Of a stretch of DNA of 64,000 nucleotides, positions 57,495 to 64,000 are shown piece after piece. Both the position numbers and the translations under genes were made by a program. The stretch comes from Candidatus Micrarchaeia archaeon (GTDB taxonomy: Archaea; Micrarchaeota; Micrarchaeia; Burarchaeales; JAVZCV01). The stretch spans positions 6,452 through 70,451 of the forward strand of contig JAVZCV010000001.1 of NCBI GenBank assembly GCA_038874215.1. Reading direction: 5' to 3'. The notes under the pieces are model-generated. The model searched no databases, was not told where the DNA came from, and was given only the letters and a program-made list of their open reading frames with translations. Positions within the stretch are counted from its first letter, which is position 1. Each line of letters starts with the position of its first letter.

Positions 57495-60400
57495 CTACCT
57501 CCTTCCAGAAGCATATTCGCTAAAAACCCACCTCACGCGCCTTGCTCCGTACTCGTTGTACGGGCATACGCCATTTGGGTATGTACCGCAATCGCACTTC
57601 ATCACAAATCCCTTTGTCCAATGCATCCAGAAACCTCCACCGCAATTTTCTCTTCTTTTATTATCAAGATTCCATTCTCGTGTTCCGAGCCCAAAATAGA
57701 CATTATCGTCTGTCCCAGCATCGCGCACGTCTTTCGTCTTAACAATAACCATGATGGTCTTCCACTCACCAGGCGTGGTGGAATTCGGAAAATCGGGAGC
57801 ATACCAGTATTTGCCCCAATTGCTTGCTTCTTCCCCAAGCCCGTAGGGAATCTCAGGGACATAGTTAATGCTGTCGTAGAAGAGTAAACTATTTACGTAT
57901 ACGCGCAGCCTTTTGGGTCGCCAGTAGTCGTCCCCGCCAAGCCGCAGGCCTATCTTCTTTATCTCTCCTATTGTGATGTTGCCCGGCGTGAGGTCAAACG
58001 TATCAGTTGCGTTTTTCCTGAACTTAGTTCCATCATCCCTAAGCCGCCATTCCTGCGTGCCAATATCAAAGAAAACATCGGAACTTGTGTCGTCTTCTTT
58101 ACCTCCGCCCGTAGTTGTTATAACACGAAGAGATGTTATCCGAACATTGTTTGTCACAGGATCTGGATAGTCGGGGGCTATCCACTTCTCGCCTGAATCA
58201 CCAGATTTGCCGAGGGTTGGGAGGAGGGGAATTCTTCTTGAACTGTTGTATATAAGTCTTCCATTAACGTAAACGCGTATCCATTCTGGCTGCCAAACTT
58301 TGTCGCCTATGTCAGTCAACAGACCTATTTCCGTTATCTCGCCTTCTTTCAAACCACTTGGTTCAAGTTCAAAGGTGTCAATCTGGCCGTTTTTGAATTC
58401 GTCAACTCCATCAGAATCAAGCTCCCAGTCGCGTGTTCCAACAGTGAAATAAACGTGCCCGCTATCCAAATCGTTGTTCGTTGCTGTGAGAGTTTTCACC
58501 TCAACACGAAGAGATGTAACGGTTGCCCCGAGTGAGCGCGGGCTCGGATAGTTTGGTGCAACCCATCTCTTTCCCCATCTGTTCCCGTCATCGTCAAGCC
58601 ATATCCCTATATCGGGTTTGTATCCCTGCGAGTCGTATATAAGGTTGTAATCGGCATACACTTTTATCCACTCAGGGCGCAGTCCATCGCTTCCCTCCTT
58701 CCTAAGCGAGATGCTTTTTATTTCATTTTCGCGAATGTGTGTGAGGAGGTAGAAGCGGTCTTCTGCCCCGCGCTCAAAATCATTCTTGTCTCCGGGGCAG
58801 AACATCCAGCAGTTTTCAGCGTCCCATCCCTCGCGTCGCGAGTCGCTCTGGCAGTTTGATAGCGAGGAGTAGATGTTTGGGTATGGGTCTGGCTGCCAGT
58901 AGTGGGAATCGCAACAGTATTCGTCTGCAAGCCCGAAAAGCCCGTGCCCGCTCTCATGGACGAGCGTTCCGAGGCTACCAAATTCTGTTGAGAAAACGTT
59001 TCCGCTCGCATAATCCCTGCAACCCTCCCTATGGACAATAACGCCCCCATCAGCGTGTGGGCATACTTCGTTCCAGTCATCTGGGGCTCCCCAACTGCAC
59101 TCGCCCTTGTCGTTTACGCTGAAAGAGGCGAATCGTGTGGTGTTGTAAACATAGAAGTTCATGTATCTCCTGCTTGCATTTATAGTCGGCTCTGCGAAGT
59201 AGCCGTTGTTTATCATGTTCTCGGCATCGGAGATAAAACCGCTCAGATTGCCAGAATACTCCCGTGTAGGTATAAAAACAACATCAATCGCCCTATCAGG
59301 CGTGCTTCCTATGTAAAGCGGGATGCATTGCGGGCAGGCTGGGCATGGTCCTCCGCAGTCTACGCCAGTCTCGTTCTGGTTCTTTATTCCGTCGTAGCAT
59401 GTGGGGCATGGTTCGCATGGCCCTCCACAGTCTACGCCAGTCTCGTTCTGGTTCTTTATTCCGTCGTAGCACGTAGGCCGCATGCACCTGCCTCCTTCGC
59501 ATCTCCCTTCGCATCTGTACGTCTCATGCAGTACGGAGCATGAATAGGGAGTGCCAAAGCCCCTTCTAATCTCTATATAATATTCCGTGAGATCTCGGGG
59601 TGGCGAACCACTGCAGTAGTCATCAAAACGAAGATTGACGGTCCCTGCAACGGCGTAGTTTCTGCCGCCGTCGCTGTCAACGCATATGCATGCACCTTCT
59701 CTACAACCATAATCGCAATGTATGGATGTGTTGGAAACCTGATTCTCTTCATCACAGTAGTATTCGTTCACGAAATCGTTGGTTAAACAGTAATCGGTGA
59801 GACCTCCCGAAGCATGGCCCGCTTCAAATTGGTTCAGGCCCTCATCAGAGTCTATGCAGGCACAGTGATCGCCTCGCACGCGCATGCTTCCGTTCAGCGT
59901 GAGCATTTGGGGGGCTCTGACACACTGCGCACACTCGTATGTCCTGTTCCGCACGATATTGCCGTCGCAGTAAAATTCTGCTATCGCAGTTTCGTTAATA
60001 CATGTATCAAAATACTGCAGAGGTAGCGTTATTGTGCGGTTTTCATAGTCTATTACAGTAGAACCATTTACGGCGAAACCTGATAGGAAAGGCTTTTCTC
60101 CTCTATCGCTGTCGTGGCATCCTTTCGGCACATCAAGGCCCGGAATGCCAAAACTTCCTTCTACAGTGGTGTCATGATATCTGTCAAGTACAACAGCTCC
60201 GATATCAACGGAGCGGGAGGGTGCAACCATATCATAGGAGCAAGGTGATGAGTAACAGCGCGCAACAGCATTGCTATCTATGAAGATGAATATGGCTGCA
60301 ATTTCGTCTGGGTCTGACGCCTCTACGGTAATATTGACCTCATCCCCCCGAGAGTAGTTTTCGGGCATTGTGAAGATGTGTATTGTGGCTTTTCCCATAC

Positions 60401-61300
60401 CATGCCGACTGTCGCAGGCATCCCCTATCCCGTCATTATCTGCATCTTCCTGCCTTGGGTTGAATGTACTTCTACAGTTGTCGCACGCATCGCCCACTTT
60501 ATCTGAATCTAGGTCCGCCTGTGTTGGATTGCTAAAGTTCAGACAGTTGTCGCATGCATCACCCACTCCGTCCCCATCTCTATCCTCCTGTTGGGGATTT
60601 GGAACGAGCTTGCAGTTATCTGCAAAATCAAAAATACCGTCGAAATCGTAATCGGTTTCGTCGCATAAATCGCCAACCCCGTCATCATCGCTGTCCTTCT
60701 GGTCAGGGTTGTATTTCTTAGGCAGTTGTCGCATGCGTCTCCAACTCCATCTTCATCAACATCCATCTGTTCCTTGTTTGAAACTTTCGGGCAATTGTCG
60801 TCTTCGTCTGGTACGCCATCTCCATCAGAATCTTTTAGCTGTTCGGCGACATATAGCGTGCATGCATGCCACTCTTCTGGTCCGAAACTTTCGCCAGAAG
60901 GGATGGAAATGTGGTACGAAGGCCAGATAACCCATGTGCCAGCCTTATCAAGAACACGAGAAGCATTAAACGTTATTGTCTCTCCGCTCTTCATGTAAGA
61001 ATTACTCCGAGTGAAGCCGAAGGAGGCATCCTTCTTTTCAGGGTTGCGGGCTGCTGCGAATATGCCCTTTGAACCAAGTTGCAATTCTTCCTTACCGCAG
61101 TTTTTCATTTTGAATGTTACGAGCAGATAGTCGCCAACTTTTGGATTTGTGGGGCCAGAAACGGATAACTCAAAGATGCACATTTTATCCTCAGAAACGT
61201 CTGGACCTTTGTAGGAGCATAGAACAGCTCCGCTCGCATTTTCTGCGCAGAAAAAAATGAGGATAAAGAGGGATAATACAAGCCTTTTCATTTTGCACAC
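57495..61300 (-). pseudogene. Very large secreted protein (about 1270 aa if fused): signal peptide, N-terminal domain, thrombospondin-type-3 Ca-binding repeats, Cys-rich modules, and an HExxH zinc-metallopeptidase-like domain, interrupted by a single-nucleotide frameshift near 60721
   Basis: ORF 60539..61300 (signal [21 protein letters not shown] … [18 protein letters not shown]…[12 protein letters not shown]) runs into ORF 57495..60734 (…DNC|[21 protein letters not shown]…) in a different frame. Inserting one C in 'aactgcctaag' restores DNCPKKY. Downstream are five or more TSP3 repeats (DxDxDGxGDxCD), [14 protein letters not shown] (M6/InhA-like HExxH…DEY), and a duplicated [19 protein letters not shown] module. 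Confidence 0.5.
59352..59495. repeat. 72-nt tandem duplication (first 48 nt near-identical) encoding [19 protein letters not shown] x2 within the large secreted protein gene
   Basis: tccgcagtctacgccagtctcgttctggttctttattccgtcgtagca recurs at +72 with one mismatch. Confidence 0.8.
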
Positions 61301-61311
61301 GGTGAATTTTT

Positions 61312-62229
61312 TTAAGCCTTGGCATTCTTCTTCCTAAATCTATGCCATACGGCACGCAGGAGCACGTATACAACTATTAGCACACCACCGAGAACTGTGA
61401 ATGGGATTGCAAAGCCTATAATCCCTACGAGTAGGATAAGCGCTACGTTTAGCGCACCTACGAATATGCCTCCGAGCCCGCTCAACGGGATTAAGAGTGT
61501 TCTATCTACAACAGGGCTTTCTTCATAAAGCGTTACATCAAGCGTTGAGAGAGTAGCCTGCCTTTCCATTTGTATCTTCTGCCCTGTCAGTGAGTCTATC
61601 TCATACTGCAACCGAACAAGCTCGTTTTCTATTTGCAGTATTTCTTCAACTTTCTCAGTTTTGTTGTATAATTGGAGGAGCCTTTCCCTCTGCGCCTCTT
61701 TGTTATTAAGGCGTGCAACAACATCTATATACTGGTTCGTTATATCCTGCGTATCGGTGCTCATGCTCTTCAATGTGCCGAGCTGCTTAACGAGCTCTGG
61801 AAAAGACTCAAATGAAGCTGGCGGGAGCTTTATCGTCAGCCTGTAATACTTTCTTCCGCCGCTCTCGTAGTAGTTTTTGGAATAAACATAGCCCTTATTC
61901 TCATTTGCAAGCCTTTCAAGCTGTGCTGTTTTCTCGGCGAGCTTTCCAGCCTCTACCTCAACCTCCATCGTAGCGGTTTTCACGAGCATTCTTCCAGAGG
62001 AATCGAGAAGCTCTGGGGGGATGTTGACTGGGGATTGAGAGCCGTATGTTGTACGTGCGAAAGTAGGGGAAGAAGCCGCAGTACCATATCCTGCCTGCTT
62101 TGATAGAGCGTATGTCTCTGAATCAGATGAGCCGATTGAGCGAGGGCTGAGAATGTCTGTGCAGCCAAAAAGCATCAGGGAGAAAGCAAGGGCAGAAAGA
62201 AGCAGTACATATTCTTTTGCTTTTGCCAT
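61312..62229 (-). CDS. DUF4349-like lipoprotein with a C-terminal transmembrane anchor
   Basis: Start at [23 protein letters not shown] (lipobox-like). Coiled-coil region (…[19 protein letters not shown]…) and C-terminal [34 protein letters not shown]. Confidence 0.5.
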   Translation of the reverse strand: MAKAKEYVLLLSALAFSLMLFGCTDILSPRSIGSSDSETYALSKQAGYGTAASSPTFARTTYGSQSPVNIPPELLDSSGRMLVKTATMEVEVEAGKLAEKTAQLERLANENKGYVYSKNYYESGGRKYYRLTIKLPPASFESFPELVKQLGTLKSMSTDTQDITNQYIDVVARLNNKEAQRERLLQLYNKTEKVEEILQIENELVRLQYEIDSLTGQKIQMERQATLSTLDVTLYEESPVVDRTLLIPLSGLGGIFVGALNVALILLVGIIGFAIPFTVLGGVLIVVYVLLRAVWHRFRKKNAKA

Positions 62230-62268
62230 TTTTGCACCTATTAGATAATATGTGAAAGTTTTAAAAAG

Positions 62269-62359
62269 CGCCCCCACTGGGATTCGAACCCAGATTACAG
62301 GCTTGCTCCACTGTGAGAAATGCCGGAGGCCTGCGTCCTGTCCTTTGGACGATAGGGGC
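62269..62359 (-). tRNA. tRNA-Arg(CCG) with a 19-nt intron at 37/38
   Basis: Minus strand: acceptor GCCCCTA/TGGGGGC plus G; D-arm GTCC-AAAGGACA-GGAC; anticodon stem CAGGC/GCCTG with loop CTCCGG|A; T-arm CTGGG-TTCGAAT-CCCAG. Confidence 0.55.
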
Positions 62360-62408
62360 TTATTACCACGATACGATACGCATATATAATTTTGTTGCGG
62401 TAGAATAT

Positions 62409-62490
62409 GCCGTGCTCCGGTCGTCTAGCACGGATAAGGATGCAGGCCTCTCGTGGTTAAGGCCTGAGAAAGCCTGCGACCCGGGAGCCC
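62409..62490 (+). ncRNA. Candidate structured RNA of unknown class (GC-rich nested helices, not resolvable as a standard tRNA cloverleaf)
   Basis: Helices CCGTGCT…AGCACGG and GCAGGC…GCCTGC with inner AGGCC/GGCCT pairing, followed by a CCTTTCTTTT…AAAAGAAAGG terminator-like hairpin (62487-62513). Lies divergent from tRNA-Arg in an otherwise non-coding gap. Confidence 0.2.
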
Positions 62491-62622
62491 TTTCTTTTCG
62501 CAAAAAAAGAAAGGCACAAGCGAAAAAGCATGGGCTGGGAATTCAAAGCAGTTGGAAAAGGTGCGCACTGGTGAAAATCCCGGCCGGAGCACTTTTATTT
62601 TATAGCTTTCCCAATATGCTCC

Positions 62623-63825
62623 ATGCAATTCATCGCTGGCGTGAACGTAGAGTTTGAGGGGGCAGAAAAGGGCAAGAGGGTATTTCTAGGGGATGGAAAC
62701 GTATGCTTTATCTTCGGAAACCCTGTAGAGAGGGGGAACGCTCTTTTCTACATTGAGGGCGAAGTTTTTGAAGAGCTTACAGATAGGATTTTCTCGGAAT
62801 ACGTTGATGGGGAATACTCTTGCATTTCAGTTGAGAACAACAGGCTTAGGGTTGCGAGGGATCCTCTCGGGACGAAAACGCTTTTCTATGCGCATTCGCA
62901 AGAAGGGATTATTTTCGCAACGGACACCCTGCATATAGAAAAAAATAGTACGCAAGCGCGTGCGTTTCCGCCAGGCTGTGTGGGTTGCTATGATTGCGCA
63001 TCGGGAACCTTCAGCATGAGAAAGGTGAGGGCCGTACACATAGGTGAGAAGTATTCAGGAGAAGATGTGGCAAAGAAGGAGCTTAAAAAATCTATTGAAG
63101 AAGCAGTAAGAAAGCGCGTTCAGGATAAGCGGAGAGTGGCGGTCATGTTCTCTGGCGGGGTTGATAGCACGTTAATCGCCTCGCTTGCATCACGATGGGC
63201 AAATGTGCTCCTTATTACTGTTGGTGCAGAAAATTCTCCTGATGTGTTGTGGGCTGAGAAGGTTGCGGGTGAAATGGGGCTTGCGTTGGAAGTTAAAATT
63301 CTGCCAGATGATGAAGTATTTAGGATTTACGAAAGAATGAAAGCGCAGTTTCCTAACGCAAGCCTAATGGAATTGGAGTTGGGGATGCCTGTTGAAGTAT
63401 GCGCAAAGATTGCAAAAATGCGAGGAATAGATGTGGCAGTTTGCGGGGCTGGTGCAGACGAACTTTTTGGCGGATATGAGAGATACAGGAGGGCGTATGT
63501 GGCGGGATATGATGTTGAGAGCATGCTCTACAAAGACGTGAGGGGAATACATGAAAAGGATATTGATAGGACTAATATAATTGCTTTAAGAAACGGCGTT
63601 GGGATTAGGTATCCCTTTCTTGATCTGAATGTTGTTGAAACTGCGTTTAGAATACCGATAGACTACAAGATATCTAATGAAGCAAAAAAGATCGTGCTGA
63701 GAAAAGTTGCGGAGGAGTTTGGTGTTCCAAGAGAAGTCTGCATGCGAGATAAAAAGGCGATTCAGTATGGCACAGGAATACATAAGGTAGTATGCAGGCA
63801 TATTAAAAATAAAGGAGACAGTTAG
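62623..63825 (+). CDS. Asparagine synthetase (AsnB)-like amidotransferase-family protein with PP-loop; the N-terminal nucleophile Cys is replaced by Gln
   Basis: N-terminus MQFIAGVN (compare canonical MCGIAG). Synthetase domain PP-loop VAVMFSGGVDSTLIASLA. Length 400 aa. Confidence 0.65.
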   Translation: MQFIAGVNVEFEGAEKGKRVFLGDGNVCFIFGNPVERGNALFYIEGEVFEELTDRIFSEYVDGEYSCISVENNRLRVARDPLGTKTLFYAHSQEGIIFATDTLHIEKNSTQARAFPPGCVGCYDCASGTFSMRKVRAVHIGEKYSGEDVAKKELKKSIEEAVRKRVQDKRRVAVMFSGGVDSTLIASLASRWANVLLITVGAENSPDVLWAEKVAGEMGLALEVKILPDDEVFRIYERMKAQFPNASLMELELGMPVEVCAKIAKMRGIDVAVCGAGADELFGGYERYRRAYVAGYDVESMLYKDVRGIHEKDIDRTNIIALRNGVGIRYPFLDLNVVETAFRIPIDYKISNEAKKIVLRKVAEEFGVPREVCMRDKKAIQYGTGIHKVVCRHIKNKGDS

Positions 63826-63834
63826 AGTTGCCCT

Positions 63835-64000
63835 TTATACCCATACTGGGCATGCCATCGGTATCGGGTTTGTGCACTCTACTGTTTTCTCTTCGCCAGT
63901 TATCGGGTCTTTGTATTTTATCTCTGCCTTTATCTTAACGAGCGGTATTCTAACTGTCGTATAGCCGCACTTGGCTATGCATATGCCTCTCTCTGGGGCG
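63835..64000 (-). CDS. Partial (5' end outside window) small Cys-containing, possibly zinc-ribbon protein
   Basis: The minus-strand frame reads …AKCGYTTVRIPLVKIKAEIKYKDPITGEEKTVECTNPIPMACPVWV with its stop (TAA) at 63835-63837. Family not assignable from the fragment. Confidence 0.25.
   Translation of the reverse strand, partial: APERGICIAKCGYTTVRIPLVKIKAEIKYKDPITGEEKTVECTNPIPMACPVWV

Noticed and set aside
1-64000. CRISPR arrays, transposases/IS elements, integrases and prophage remnants
   Set aside because: No regularly spaced direct repeats with unique spacers and no transposase or integrase-like ORFs were seen. The only repeats are short intragenic tandem duplications.

Overview
Archaeal chromosomal segment of about 45% GC carrying roughly 60 protein genes, mostly housekeeping, plus three intron-containing tRNAs. 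Lineage markers are archaeal: class-III (type-IV-pilin-like) signal peptides, a short crenarchaeal-type XPF, Cgi121, ribosomal proteins S8e and S17e, Dpo4, form-III RuBisCO, and a tRNA-Asn with two introns (one in the T-loop); an exact phylum cannot be fixed from sequence alone. Housekeeping content includes smc, ilvD, leuC/leuD, lysC, nadE, thiD, cysE, pgi, fabG-like SDRs, a P-type ATPase, a Na+/H+ antiporter and a dtxR-feoB iron module. The most unusual loci are these: (i) a secreted protein that fuses a textbook Hint (intein/BIL-like) domain to a Gly-run, a transmembrane segment and two Tim44-like domains; (ii) a very large secreted protein with thrombospondin-type-3 repeats and an HExxH site, split by a single-nucleotide frameshift; (iii) an RmuC-like gene broken by a perfect 25-nt tandem duplication, with further tandem duplications of 24 nt and 72 nt inside other genes; (iv) a co-directional cassette of hypothetical, PIN-like, short XPF and lysine-rich proteins; (v) a cluster of four pilin-like genes directly upstream of smc with no assembly machinery in the window. 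There are also unannotated small genes (S17e, a CxxC zinc-ribbon protein) and candidate structured RNAs. No CRISPR array, transposase or integrase was seen.
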